Shown: piece by piece, positions 32,486 through 41,891 of the stretch
Layout: each line of letters starts with the position of its first letter
Numbering within the stretch: position 1 is the first letter of the stretch
Assembly: GCA_964608035.1 (NCBI GenBank)
Contig: CAZSNV010000001.1
Coordinates: 1-53,893, forward strand
Reading direction: 5' to 3'
Length of the DNA stretch: 53,893 bases
Source: an uncultured Gemmatimonadaceae bacterium
Lineage (GTDB): Bacteria; Gemmatimonadota; Gemmatimonadetes; Gemmatimonadales; Gemmatimonadaceae
Notes under the pieces: model-generated
Seen by the model: the letters and a program-made list of their open reading frames with translations, nothing else
Told to the model about the DNA's origin: nothing
Database searches by the model: none
Made by a program: the position numbers and the translations under genes

Positions 32486-34459
32486 GTGCAAGTGGGTAAC
32501 CGAGCTGAATCGGCGCTTGAGTCGGAAACTGAATCTCCACCCAGAGAACACGTGGCGACTTCCGGGCCTCTTTTGTTTAATGACCGAGCGCTGAAGGGGG
32601 AGGCGGCGCTAGGTGAGCCGCAGGTACGGGCGACGAGCCGCGTTGAGTGGTGGTTTTGGCTCGCCGTGGCATGGGTCGTTGGAGGCCTCTACATGCTGTA
32701 CTTCGTCGATCGGGGCTGGATCCCCCACGACGAAGGTACGCTCGCACACAGTGCAGAGCGGGTACTGGGTGGTGAGATGCCGCACCGCGACTTTGCCGAC
32801 CCATACACAGGTGGGCTGAGCTACCTCAACGCTGTTGCATTCAAAGTCTTCGGCGTTCATCTCCTCGCCATTCGCTACCTGCTTTTCGCCGCATTCGTCA
32901 CCTGGGTTCCCCTCCTCTACTATGCCGCCACACGCCTAGCGTCGCCGCCCGTCGCAGGAGCCGTGACGCTATTGGCAGTGTTCTGGAGTGTTCCGAACTA
33001 CCCCGCGGCCATGCCCAGTTGGTACAACCTGTTTTTCGCAACCGGTGGTGTTGCAGCGCTGCTTGCGTACATCGATTCCGGGAAACGCCACTGGCTCGTC
33101 GTTGCCGGCCTTGCTGGGGGCTTCTCCGTGCTAGTTAAGACCACAGGCGTGCTGTTCGTCGGCGCTGGTCTCCTATTCCTGCTCTATCATGAATCGCGGC
33201 CCACCAATCCTCTACGCGAGTACCGAAAGAGCGGGACCCTATTCAATCTCGCTGCAGGCTTTCCGCTAGTCATTGCTGCGATCGCGCTCGTCGCTATTAG
33301 CATGTCGCGCGGGAGGTGGGTGGATGTGTACCAGTTCGCCGTTCCAGGGTTCGCGATGGTTGGCACGGTTGCATGGGAGCTGTTTCGGGCGCCGGGGCCT
33401 TCGGTCACAGCCGCGAGGCTGACCGTCGGTGCCGTCGTTCCGTACATGCTTGGCGTGGCAATTCCTCTGGGGGCGTTCGCCGCCTATTACGCGATCGCGG
33501 AAGCTCTTCCGGAGCTGGTGCGAGGCGTCGTCAGTCTTCCTACAAGACGGTTTGACCACGCTTCGGTGAGCCCCGCGCTGCCGTATGCGGTAATTCCTAT
33601 GGCGCTCGCAGCTTTCGTCGCCATCGACACAAAAGGGAAGGCGCCCCGCGTCGCGCTCTTCCAGCACGCCATTGCGATCGCGGTGGTTGCAGTAACACTC
33701 GTGCCGAAACTGGCCTTGGAGTTGGAACCGATGGTTTGGCAGTCGCTGGCGGAGGCCACGCCGATAGTCGTAGCACTCCTCGCGATCATCACTGTGCGGA
33801 ACAGCATACGCGGCGGCGTTGATCCGAAGCAGCAGTCGCGATCCGTTCTCGTGGGCTGCGTGGCGGCTTTCTGCAGCTTGATCCAGTATCCGTTCGCCGC
33901 GCCGATCTACTTTAGTTACTCCCTACCGCTTTTGTTGCTCGCGGTTGTCGCGTTGGCTCAATCGACTACTCTCGTGCGAAAGCGAGCACTCCAAGGACTC
34001 ACTTGCGTCTACTTGCTGTACGGGGCCTTGTTCATCACGCCAATGCAAGTCCAAGGACTCCTTGGGCCGGTGTCCCGGGATGATGTCGCCCTTCTCAAGC
34101 TGCCACGTGCCGGCCTTCGCGTCGGACGCGAGGACGCGGAACAGTATCCCAAGGCTGTGGAACTCCTGCGAACGCACACGACCTCCGGTGTGACATACGC
34201 GGGACCCGATGCGCCGGAGGTGTACTTCCTTGCTCAGTTAAGAAACCCTACCCCGGCGATCTTCGACTTTCTCGTCCCCGACACTCTTTTTCATCAACAC
34301 TTGGTTCAGAGCCTCGATTCGTATGGCATCAACGCGGTGGCCCTCAGACGCCGCGTCGTGCACTCCGCCCCGCTGGAACCGGAGATTCAGGCTGCGCTCG
34401 AAACCAAGTTCCCGTCCGCGCATGAGGCGGGACGCTTCACGATTCGGTGGAAACCATGA
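32486..34459 (+). CDS. GT-C fold membrane glycosyltransferase (ArnT/PMT-like) with C-terminal soluble domain
   Basis: First loop IPHDEGTLAHSAERVLGGEMPHRDFADPYTGG. >12 TMs. The start is uncertain (GTG 32486 or GTG 32552). Confidence 0.7.
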   Translation: MQVGNRAESALESETESPPREHVATSGPLLFNDRALKGEAALGEPQVRATSRVEWWFWLAVAWVVGGLYMLYFVDRGWIPHDEGTLAHSAERVLGGEMPHRDFADPYTGGLSYLNAVAFKVFGVHLLAIRYLLFAAFVTWVPLLYYAATRLASPPVAGAVTLLAVFWSVPNYPAAMPSWYNLFFATGGVAALLAYIDSGKRHWLVVAGLAGGFSVLVKTTGVLFVGAGLLFLLYHESRPTNPLREYRKSGTLFNLAAGFPLVIAAIALVAISMSRGRWVDVYQFAVPGFAMVGTVAWELFRAPGPSVTAARLTVGAVVPYMLGVAIPLGAFAAYYAIAEALPELVRGVVSLPTRRFDHASVSPALPYAVIPMALAAFVAIDTKGKAPRVALFQHAIAIAVVAVTLVPKLALELEPMVWQSLAEATPIVVALLAIITVRNSIRGGVDPKQQSRSVLVGCVAAFCSLIQYPFAAPIYFSYSLPLLLLAVVALAQSTTLVRKRALQGLTCVYLLYGALFITPMQVQGLLGPVSRDDVALLKLPRAGLRVGREDAEQYPKAVELLRTHTTSGVTYAGPDAPEVYFLAQLRNPTPAIFDFLVPDTLFHQHLVQSLDSYGINAVALRRRVVHSAPLEPEIQAALETKFPSAHEAGRFTIRWKP

Positions 34460-34830
34460 CTCTTCTCGACCGCATCATGGGCAAGCCGTTGATCTATCGG
34501 CTCTGGCAGGCGCGATTCGCGCCAAGCAAACTGGCTCCAGTTTTGGCGCGTCAGGACGTCGCAAGCGTTCGGCGCGTCCTGGATGTCGCGTGCGGACCCG
34601 GTACCAATGCCGGGTATTTCGACAGCGAGAGTACGTGGGCGTCGATCTGAAGCTTGCGGTGCGCGCCATCGAGGCGATCGTACCCCGACGCGCGGTTCCA
34701 GAACGTGTCCCGCGTCCCTGACTCAACGACCTTTTGCGTCGAATGAGCATTGCCGAGTCGCGGCTCTTTGCTCGCGGATCACTGCCGTTTGGTTCGTCAG
34801 TGATCCGCTGGTGTCGCCCCTACGCCGCGT
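34456..34830 (+). pseudogene. Fusion remnant of two methyltransferase genes, homologs of 23002..23601 and 24582..25346, with the intervening ~1.9 kb (including the GT2) deleted; frameshift plus internal stop
   Basis: MTLLDRIMGKPLIYRLWQA...VLDVACGPGTNA matches MT1. After a frameshift, EYVGVDL joins directly to KLAVRAIEAIVPRRAVPERVP*LN..L...AE.RL.A...LPFGSSV..WCR, which matches the MT2 C-terminus. Confidence 0.65.
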
Positions 34831-35055
34831 AGCGGCATCGGCGGGTGGTGTCCGATCGTAGTTAAAGCACTGCGAAATCGATGCCCTCTGCGTCTGCACT
34901 TCGCGTGCTGCCTGACGCTGCCCGGGTCCTGCCAATCCTGACTTCACCAGCGGCGTCGATCAGGTGTGGGCAGGGCGGAATCCGGAACGTGTGGCGCCAG
35001 GAGCGACTGAGTCAGTCAGGCTCGCCAAATCGATAGGACCGTCACACCGAGCGGC

Positions 35056-36642
35056 TCACGGCCGCGCGCCGCGAACGCTAGTCGTGGCGTTCGTCAGGAT
35101 GTCCGCGTTCATCGAATCCACGACGACTCGCCACCTCCGCCAGTCTACCGATCGATGAGTGGCTGTAATGCGGTACGTGGGCAACGTGGTCGCTTCACAT
35201 TGCGAGGAGAATACGACAATTGCGCTTAGGGGTCTGGTTCCCCGAAACTGTTCAATCTCGCCGCAACGAATGTCCCGCGTCGCTGGCCATGGGCGATCCG
35301 TCGCAGCTGCCAATCTGTACAGCGTGGGGCCTAGACCGATCCAAGGCGGGTTCGCCGCGCGAACCGTACCGACGAAAACGGAATCGATACCGTGCTGAGA
35401 AGCGACTGTGGCTACAACCTGATCTGCGGCGCGTTGCACAGCATCTGTTCTCGACGCGTGCGCCGCAGCACCGCTTGATCCAAATGCACCTATCACAAGC
35501 CACGCCAGACCGCCGGCTAACATTCCCATCCTCCAGCGCCGCTGCAAGTGGCTCGCGGCCAGCCCGATCAGCAGCGAGGTGGCAACAAGATAAGGGAAGG
35601 AGTAACGCTCCTCATACGTCGGCCATGGAGCGTACGAGAGTACTCCCACTACCGGGAATGCGATCGCTGCGATGAAGAGGCTCTTCGCACGCTCTCGATC
35701 GGTTGCGTGATGGAACGCCATCCACCAGCCTGACGTCAACAGGCCAATGAAGCTTACGACGGCTGCTCCCCACATGATTGATGTCTGCCGCGGGCCGAGC
35801 TCGAATGGCACGAGCGTGCTGAGCCAGATCGCCAGCATCCCCCCTAACGACTGCATCCCACTTCCGTATTGGGAAGCCAACGCCGTCGAGGAGGCGTTCA
35901 GGTAGACAACGGCGAGTGGGATGAGAGTCGCAAGCGACACGACACCGACCGCACTCACAAGCGCAATATTGCGTTTGCTCCAGAGCGGTCGCGAAAACCC
36001 TCCATCCGTCTGCGAGGCAACCGCCAGGTAAACAGGAAGGAGGAGAACCGGCGCCATAAGCTCCTTCGTCAGGATCACGAACACCGCGCCAAATGCAAAC
36101 CACCATAGGTCAGGCCTCCACCGTTGGCGGTTCTGAAAACCGGTCGCGCGTAACGCAAGTGCGAGGACGCACACCATGGCCATTGGTTCAGCCATCGTCA
36201 GGCGCACCCACCCCCGCGCGGCCGAAGGTGCGAACAGGAAGACCGACGCCCCTGCAGCGGCGCCGAAGACGGTGGCGCCGAATCGTCGAAGAAGCAGAAA
36301 CGACTGCGCGGTAACGATACCCATGATCGCAGCCTGCACGAGCTGCCAGCCCGGCATCCAGTCCCCGAACCACCTCCACTTCAGGACGGCGGCGAGAACC
36401 TGCAACACGTTGGCGCGCCCTGATTGCGTGATACCGTAATCAAGTACGCTCGAAAACTGCTCAGTCCAACTCTCGGTGGCCTTCAGGAGAGGGATGAACT
36501 CACCGAAGTCGAGCACGTCGAATGGACGGACTCGATCAGGGCGGTACAACGCCCACGCAACGAGAATCCCTGCGACGGCCCAAAACAGAATCCCTGCTCG
36601 GGAGCGTTGATTGTCAGCAGGTCTTGACAGCGACACAATCAC
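35056..36642 (-). CDS. Polytopic membrane protein, divergent GT-C-like (paralog of 44028..45554)
   Basis: Conserved AWALYRP(D/E)..RPFD..DF.E motif straight after TM1. W(R/S)WFG(D/N)W(M/T)PGWQL motif. LTKE/WTKE motif. GTG start overlaps the aminotransferase stop (GTGA). Confidence 0.6.
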   Translation of the reverse strand: MIVSLSRPADNQRSRAGILFWAVAGILVAWALYRPDRVRPFDVLDFGEFIPLLKATESWTEQFSSVLDYGITQSGRANVLQVLAAVLKWRWFGDWMPGWQLVQAAIMGIVTAQSFLLLRRFGATVFGAAAGASVFLFAPSAARGWVRLTMAEPMAMVCVLALALRATGFQNRQRWRPDLWWFAFGAVFVILTKELMAPVLLLPVYLAVASQTDGGFSRPLWSKRNIALVSAVGVVSLATLIPLAVVYLNASSTALASQYGSGMQSLGGMLAIWLSTLVPFELGPRQTSIMWGAAVVSFIGLLTSGWWMAFHHATDRERAKSLFIAAIAFPVVGVLSYAPWPTYEERYSFPYLVATSLLIGLAASHLQRRWRMGMLAGGLAWLVIGAFGSSGAAAHASRTDAVQRAADQVVATVASQHGIDSVFVGTVRAANPPWIGLGPTLYRLAAATDRPWPATRDIRCGEIEQFRGTRPLSAIVVFSSQCEATTLPTYRITATHRSVDWRRWRVVVDSMNADILTNATTSVRGARP

Positions 36643-37784
36643 CGATCGAGGCTCGGGAGTGATTTCGACTGACTCCAGGCAGGTGCGGTCGCATGAAGTG
36701 CGTCGATCACGCGGGCCTGCTGTTCGCCCGTTAGGTGCGGCCCCAGCGGAAGGCTGAGAACCTCGTCGTGCAAGGTCCGCGCGATGGGGAAGTCATCCGG
36801 CGCAAATCCCATGCTCGAATACGCATCCTGCATGTGCGGCGCCACCGGATAGTGCACGATCGTTTCGATGCCTGAATCCTGGAGCGACTGACGCAACGCG
36901 TCACGCCCTGCACACCGAATTACATAGAGATGCCATACCGGGGCGGCCCACGGTGGCACGATCGGCAGCCGCAAAGGAAGTCCTTCGAGTGCTTCCGAAT
37001 AGGTTCGGGCATTATGGGTTCGCCGCTCATTCCATTCGTCGAGCTTCGACAGTTTCACTCGCAGAATGGCGGCCTGCAGTTCGTCGAGACGACTGTTGTA
37101 ACCAATGACCTCGTTCACGTACTTCTGCCGTGATCCGTAGTTGCGCACTACGCGCAGCTTATCGGCCAGAACGTCGTCATCGGTAGTCACTGCACCGGCA
37201 TCTCCCCAGGCGCCGAGGTTCTTCGTTGGATAGAAGCTCCACGCGGTAGCGTCCGTGCTGGTTCCGATCGCGCGCTTCCTGTAACGGGCGCCATGCGCCT
37301 GCGCCGCATCATCCACGACGCGCAGACCGTGCTCGCGGGCCAACTGCAGGATTGGATCGAGATCCGCCGGCTGGCCGTACAGGTGCACCGGCGCAATCGC
37401 GCGAGTCCGGGGCGTGATTGCCGCGCGTATCCGATCGACGTCGATGTTGTAGGTCGCAGGATCGGGTTCTACAGGAACCGGCGTTGCGCCGGCGTGGGTC
37501 ACGCCGAGCCAGGTAGCTACGTACGTGTTTGACGGCACAACGACTTCGTCGCCGGCTCCAATGCCAAGAGCGCGAAGCGACAGATGAATGGCTTCGAGTC
37601 CGTTCGCAACTCCAACGCAGTGTCGGGCACCGACATATTGCGCGAACTCTGTCTCGAACGCGCGTAACTCCGCCCCCAGCAGATACCACCCACTCGCCGA
37701 AACCCGACCGATTGCGTCGTCAAGCTCGAGACGCAACTCGTCGTACTGGGGTCGTAGATCCAGAAACGGGATGTTCGCGTTCAT
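36639..37784 (-). CDS. DegT/DnrJ/EryC1/StrS aminotransferase; by context dTDP-3-amino-3,6-dideoxy-hexose transaminase (FdtB/QdtB-like)
   Basis: PLP-aminotransferase pattern (NGLEAIHL, DDAAQAHGA, SFYPTKNLGA). ATGA overlap with the fdtA-like gene. Confidence 0.8.
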   Translation of the reverse strand: MNANIPFLDLRPQYDELRLELDDAIGRVSASGWYLLGAELRAFETEFAQYVGARHCVGVANGLEAIHLSLRALGIGAGDEVVVPSNTYVATWLGVTHAGATPVPVEPDPATYNIDVDRIRAAITPRTRAIAPVHLYGQPADLDPILQLAREHGLRVVDDAAQAHGARYRKRAIGTSTDATAWSFYPTKNLGAWGDAGAVTTDDDVLADKLRVVRNYGSRQKYVNEVIGYNSRLDELQAAILRVKLSKLDEWNERRTHNARTYSEALEGLPLRLPIVPPWAAPVWHLYVIRCAGRDALRQSLQDSGIETIVHYPVAPHMQDAYSSMGFAPDDFPIARTLHDEVLSLPLGPHLTGEQQARVIDALHATAPAWSQSKSLPSLDR

Positions 37785-38185
37785 CGCGCCCCGCCGACTC
37801 CCAACTCATCGAGCGATCGGATGTAATCACCGGCATCGTACCGGTCCGACGCCAGCACCAGCACGACGGTATCCGGCGCGAAATCGCTCTGTTCTCCCCA
37901 GACCATCGGCGGAATATGAACACCAACGGCCGGCGACGAGAGCATGATATCGTCGCGTCCATTCGTGTCGATCAAGGTCAGCCGACACGATCCCCGCGGG
38001 ACGATTACGAACTGATGGCAGTGCTTGTGTGCATGAGCGCCGCGAACTGCCGTAGCAGGCACGTCGCAGACGAGAAAGAAGCGTTTGGGCTCGAATGGCA
38101 GCGCCGCACCGAGTTCCCCGACGCTCAGCATGCCGCGGGCGTCGCTGAAAGTCGGCAGTTGGACGATTCGCGCGCTTGTTCTCAT
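37781..38185 (-). CDS. dTDP-4-keto-6-deoxyhexose 3,4-ketoisomerase (FdtA/WxcM-like cupin)
   Basis: F.DARG.L...E....PFEPKRFF....P....RG.HAHK.C.QF...RGS, and LASD.YD..DYI. Confidence 0.8.
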   Translation of the reverse strand: MRTSARIVQLPTFSDARGMLSVGELGAALPFEPKRFFLVCDVPATAVRGAHAHKHCHQFVIVPRGSCRLTLIDTNGRDDIMLSSPAVGVHIPPMVWGEQSDFAPDTVVLVLASDRYDAGDYIRSLDELGVGGAR

Positions 38186-38320
38186 CGACTCGTCGACCTC
38201 GTTACTGACAGTTGCCGTCCTTCGAGCGCGGCGCCATCCTCCAGCGGCGAGGTTGCCTCGGCTGGTCCGGTGGTCCGGACGGTCGACGACATTCCGGGAG
38301 TGAGGCGCACCCCTTTCCTC

Positions 38321-39244
38321 ATGAAGACCCTGTCGGTTGTCATTCCGGTCTACTACAACGAAGAGTCGCTCCCTCTGTTGTTCGAGGAGCTGCGTACCGT
38401 GGAGCGGGCGCTCGCCGAGCGAAACCTCGCGCTGGAACTCATCTTCGTGGACGATGGATCCGGCGATCAGTCATATCGGGAGCTGATTCGCATCAAGGAG
38501 CAGCGCTCGGCAACGCGGCTGATCAAGTTAACACGGAACTTCGGCGGCGTGCACGCGGTGAAGGTGGGCTTCCAGTATGTCACCGGCGACTGCTTCGTGA
38601 TGCTCGCCGCCGACGGACAGGATCCGCCCGACATGATCGTCGCCATGGCCGATCGCTGGCTGGCGGGCTCGAAATACACCGTGTGTGCCCGCGCGGGCCG
38701 CTCTGATCCGTTGACGAATCGCATATTCTCGAATCTCTACTATCGACTCGTCAGGCTCTACGTCGCCAAGGACTACCCGTCCACCGGTTACGACCTGGCG
38801 CTCATGGACAAGGCGATGCTGGGGTACCTGCAGACGAGCGCGAAGAACATCAACACCCCGCTGTTCGCCTACTGGCTGGGGTTCAAGCCCACCGTCCTGA
38901 CATACGAGCGGCGAAAGCGCATTCACGGCAGGAGCCGGTGGAGCTTCACCAAGCGAGTCAAGTTCATGCTCGATTCGCTGCTCGGATTCTCCATCGTGCC
39001 CATCCGCATGATTTCGCTGATCGGCATCCTGGTCTCGATTCTCAGCTTCGGGTACGGCCTGGTCGTTGTGTTCTCGGCGTTGCGCGGGGGACCCGACGTT
39101 CCTGGCTGGGCCAGCATGGCCGCGCTCGTATCGTTTCTGCTGGGGCTCGCGATCGTCATGCTCGGTGTGATCGGCGAGTACGTCTGGCGGATATTCGACG
39201 AAGTGAGTCGACGCCCCGAAGCCGTGATCGAGGAAGTGCGATGA
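38321..39244 (+). CDS. Polyprenyl-phosphate glycosyltransferase GT2 (ArnC-like) with 2 C-terminal TMs
   Basis: LSVVIPVYYNEE, VDDGSGDQS, RNFGG, and AADGQDPP motifs. C-terminal LGVIGEYVWRIFDEV. The upstream 264 codons of the tracked ORF are antisense to fdtA/fdtB. Confidence 0.85.
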   Translation: MKTLSVVIPVYYNEESLPLLFEELRTVERALAERNLALELIFVDDGSGDQSYRELIRIKEQRSATRLIKLTRNFGGVHAVKVGFQYVTGDCFVMLAADGQDPPDMIVAMADRWLAGSKYTVCARAGRSDPLTNRIFSNLYYRLVRLYVAKDYPSTGYDLALMDKAMLGYLQTSAKNINTPLFAYWLGFKPTVLTYERRKRIHGRSRWSFTKRVKFMLDSLLGFSIVPIRMISLIGILVSILSFGYGLVVVFSALRGGPDVPGWASMAALVSFLLGLAIVMLGVIGEYVWRIFDEVSRRPEAVIEEVR

Positions 39245-40212
39245 GGACGCGGTACGCGCCCTGTCCGATAGACGAGAACCTCGAACTGATCGTCAACGGC
39301 GCGTTGGACGGGACCGATCTGGACCTGTTCAACCTGCGTGCCTTTCAGGACCTCCACGCGCCGGACGCGCTACGCAGTTTCCATTCGGCACTGATCGACC
39401 GCCGGTCCGGTGCAGTCACGGCCACGGTGCACTTTCACGAACGGTCGGCGGGAGAGATGGCGAGCCCATTCCGCGGGTCATTCGGCGGCTTCACCGTGGT
39501 TCCCGGCGCGCCGCTCACAATTGCGGAAATGGTTGCTTTCGTTGGCGCCGTAGAGGCGCATCTGGTGACTGAGGGCGCGACACGATTGAGCGTAGTCATG
39601 CCGGCGCTTGCGTACCACCTTCCCGAGACGTCAACCTGGATCGATATCCTGCTGCGCCGCGGGTTCAACGTTTCGCGGCACGAACTGAGTTACGGGATCA
39701 ACGTAGTCGGGGAATTCGTGGATCGAATCGATTCCGGCAACCGGAAACGACTTCAGAAGTGCATCCGCGACGGACTGATGGCCTCAAGCCTCCCCCGATC
39801 TGAGTTCGAGACTGCCTACCGAGTCGTGGCTGAAAATAGGAGCAAGCGGGGATACACGTTGTCGATGTCGTGGCAGACATTCGTTGCAATGGCAGACGCG
39901 TTGCCGGATCACGTCACCTGCTTCGCCGTCAAGCGCGGCGCTGATCCAATCGCAGCCGCCCTGTGTCTGCGCATCAACAGTCACGCGCTGTACGTGGCGC
40001 ATTGGGGCGAGATTGCCGGCGTCGAGGCGTGGAGCCCGGTGACATTCCTCGCCAGTCACCTGTTCGAGTACTGCCGCGCAGCCGACATCCGGCTCCTGGA
40101 CCTCGGCACTGCCAACATCGATGGCGCTCCAAATCACGGCCTGATTCGGTACAAGAAGAACCTCGGTTGTTCCGAAAGCCTGAAGCTCACGCTCGACAAG
40201 CGGTTCTCGTGA
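39241..40212 (+). CDS. FemAB/CelD-like GNAT-fold acyl(aminoacyl)transferase (PF13480-like)
   Basis: ...FAVKRGADPIAAALCLRINSHALYVAHWGE... and GLIRYKKNLGC resemble the BioF2/FemAB-like acetyltransferase fold. ATGA overlap with the upstream GT2. Confidence 0.6.
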   Translation: MRTRYAPCPIDENLELIVNGALDGTDLDLFNLRAFQDLHAPDALRSFHSALIDRRSGAVTATVHFHERSAGEMASPFRGSFGGFTVVPGAPLTIAEMVAFVGAVEAHLVTEGATRLSVVMPALAYHLPETSTWIDILLRRGFNVSRHELSYGINVVGEFVDRIDSGNRKRLQKCIRDGLMASSLPRSEFETAYRVVAENRSKRGYTLSMSWQTFVAMADALPDHVTCFAVKRGADPIAAALCLRINSHALYVAHWGEIAGVEAWSPVTFLASHLFEYCRAADIRLLDLGTANIDGAPNHGLIRYKKNLGCSESLKLTLDKRFS

Positions 40213-40946
40213 GAGATCTCGACCGATACCAGTCGGAATACGTTGCGACCTATGGATTCGAGGCCCACATGGTCCGGTACCGGCGACGCCAGGTCCTCAA
40301 GTGCCTGAGGGACTATTCGCACCGCCACGTGCTCGAAGTGAGTTGTGGGCTTGATCCACTCGCACATTATGTCGATGACTGGGACACTTACATCGTCGTA
40401 GAACCAGGGGCCACCTTCGCGGCGAATGCTCGCGAGTTAGCCAGCAAAGGCAAGCCGTTTGTCGTGCACGAAGCGACCATTGAGCAGGCGGCGACCGTGC
40501 TGACCGGTCAACATTTCGATTTCATCGTCGTATCCGGGCTCATTCACGAGGTCGTTGCTCCTCAGCAGGTTCTGGGAGCCGTCCGAACACTCTGCGACGA
40601 TGACACGATCGTGCACGTCAACGTTCCCAACGCGCGGTCGCTGCACAACAGGCTGGGATTGAGGATGGGCCTGATCCCCGATCTTTTCGCGCTGTCACCG
40701 CTCGCCGAGCGCCTTCAACGCAAGAGCACGTTTGACTTGCGATCGCTCAGCGACTTCGTGCGCCAGGCAGGCTTCGAGGTTGACTCATCCGGCTCGTACT
40801 TTCTGAAGCCGTTCACGCATGAGCAGATGCAACAGATGCTGGATCAGGGCGTCATCGATGTGCGCGTGCTCGACGCGCTATTCGACGTCAACGAGGAGTT
40901 CAGCGATCTCGGAGCCGAGATTTTCGTGAACCTGAAACGCCGATGA
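40209..40946 (+). CDS. SAM-dependent methyltransferase
   Basis: VLEVSCGLDP, and FDFIVVSGLIHEV. The GTG start overlaps the upstream stop (GTGA). Confidence 0.7.
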   Translation: MRDLDRYQSEYVATYGFEAHMVRYRRRQVLKCLRDYSHRHVLEVSCGLDPLAHYVDDWDTYIVVEPGATFAANARELASKGKPFVVHEATIEQAATVLTGQHFDFIVVSGLIHEVVAPQQVLGAVRTLCDDDTIVHVNVPNARSLHNRLGLRMGLIPDLFALSPLAERLQRKSTFDLRSLSDFVRQAGFEVDSSGSYFLKPFTHEQMQQMLDQGVIDVRVLDALFDVNEEFSDLGAEIFVNLKRR

Positions 40947-41006
40947 GCGACAGTCAGCTCACCTTGCTGGTGCGGGTAGTGACATTGCCGCGACAAGCCT
41001 AACGAC

Positions 41007-41891
41007 CTATCTGGACGAACTACCAGGTTCTCGCAGCAGAGACCGCAGGTAGACTCCGTACGAAGAGTTTCCCAGCGTGTCTGCCAGCCGCTCAAGCTCT
41101 TGAGCCGTGATATAGCCCTGCCGGTAGGCGATCTCCTCCGGGCACGCGATTTTTAGTCCCTGCCGTGACTCGATTGTCTGGATGAATGAACTCGCATCCT
41201 GAAGCGATTCGTGCGTTCCCGTGTCCAGCCATGCCATACCGCGGCCCAGCATCTCGAGATGAAGCGTGCGGCGGCGCAGGTACTCGCGGTTCACGTCCGT
41301 GATCTCGTACTCGCCGCGGCTGGAAGGTCGCAGACCGCGCACGATCTCGAGCACTTCATTGTCGTAGAAATAGAGGCCCGCAATGGCGTAGTTGGAGCGA
41401 GGCCGCTCAGGTTTCTCTTCGATGGATAGAACGCGTCCGTCGGCATCGACCTCAGCTACGCCGTAACGCTCCGGGTCCTTGACATAGTAGCCGAAGATCG
41501 TAGCGCCAACCGGCCGTGACGCGGCGCGGTGAAGGAGTCCCGTCAGCCCGCCGCCGTAGAAAATGTTGTCGCCAAGGACGAGGGATACGGGTGCCGAGCC
41601 AACAAACTCGCGTCCAATGGTGAACGCCTGCGCCAGCCCACCCGGCGTTTCCTGGACTGCGTATTGCAAGCTCAATCCCCATTGTGTTCCGTCGCCGAGC
41701 AGTTCCGAGAAGCGCGGCACGTCCCTTGGCGTCGAAATGACGAGAATATCCCGAATGCCCGCCAGCATCAGCGTCGTCAGCGGATAGTAGACCATCGGCT
41801 TGTCGAACACCGGAAGCAGCTGCTTGCTGATCACCCGTGTCACCGGGTACAGCCTTGTGCCCTCTCCCCCAGCCAGGATGATCCCTTTCAC
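41007..41891 (-). CDS. rfbA: Glucose-1-phosphate thymidylyltransferase
   Basis: [17 protein letters not shown]...[18 protein letters not shown] at 41891 overlaps the rfbB stop (GTGA). Confidence 0.9.
   Translation of the reverse strand: MKGIILAGGEGTRLYPVTRVISKQLLPVFDKPMVYYPLTTLMLAGIRDILVISTPRDVPRFSELLGDGTQWGLSLQYAVQETPGGLAQAFTIGREFVGSAPVSLVLGDNIFYGGGLTGLLHRAASRPVGATIFGYYVKDPERYGVAEVDADGRVLSIEEKPERPRSNYAIAGLYFYDNEVLEIVRGLRPSSRGEYEITDVNREYLRRRTLHLEMLGRGMAWLDTGTHESLQDASSFIQTIESRQGLKIACPEEIAYRQGYITAQELERLADTLGNSSYGVYLRSLLREPGSSSR

Noticed and set aside
37529-38320. N-terminal 264 codons of the tracked 571-aa ORF 37529..39244
   Set aside because: This part is antisense to the fdtA-like and aminotransferase genes and has Arg-rich junk composition. 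The GT2 homology starts at MKTLSVVIPVYY (ATG 38321).
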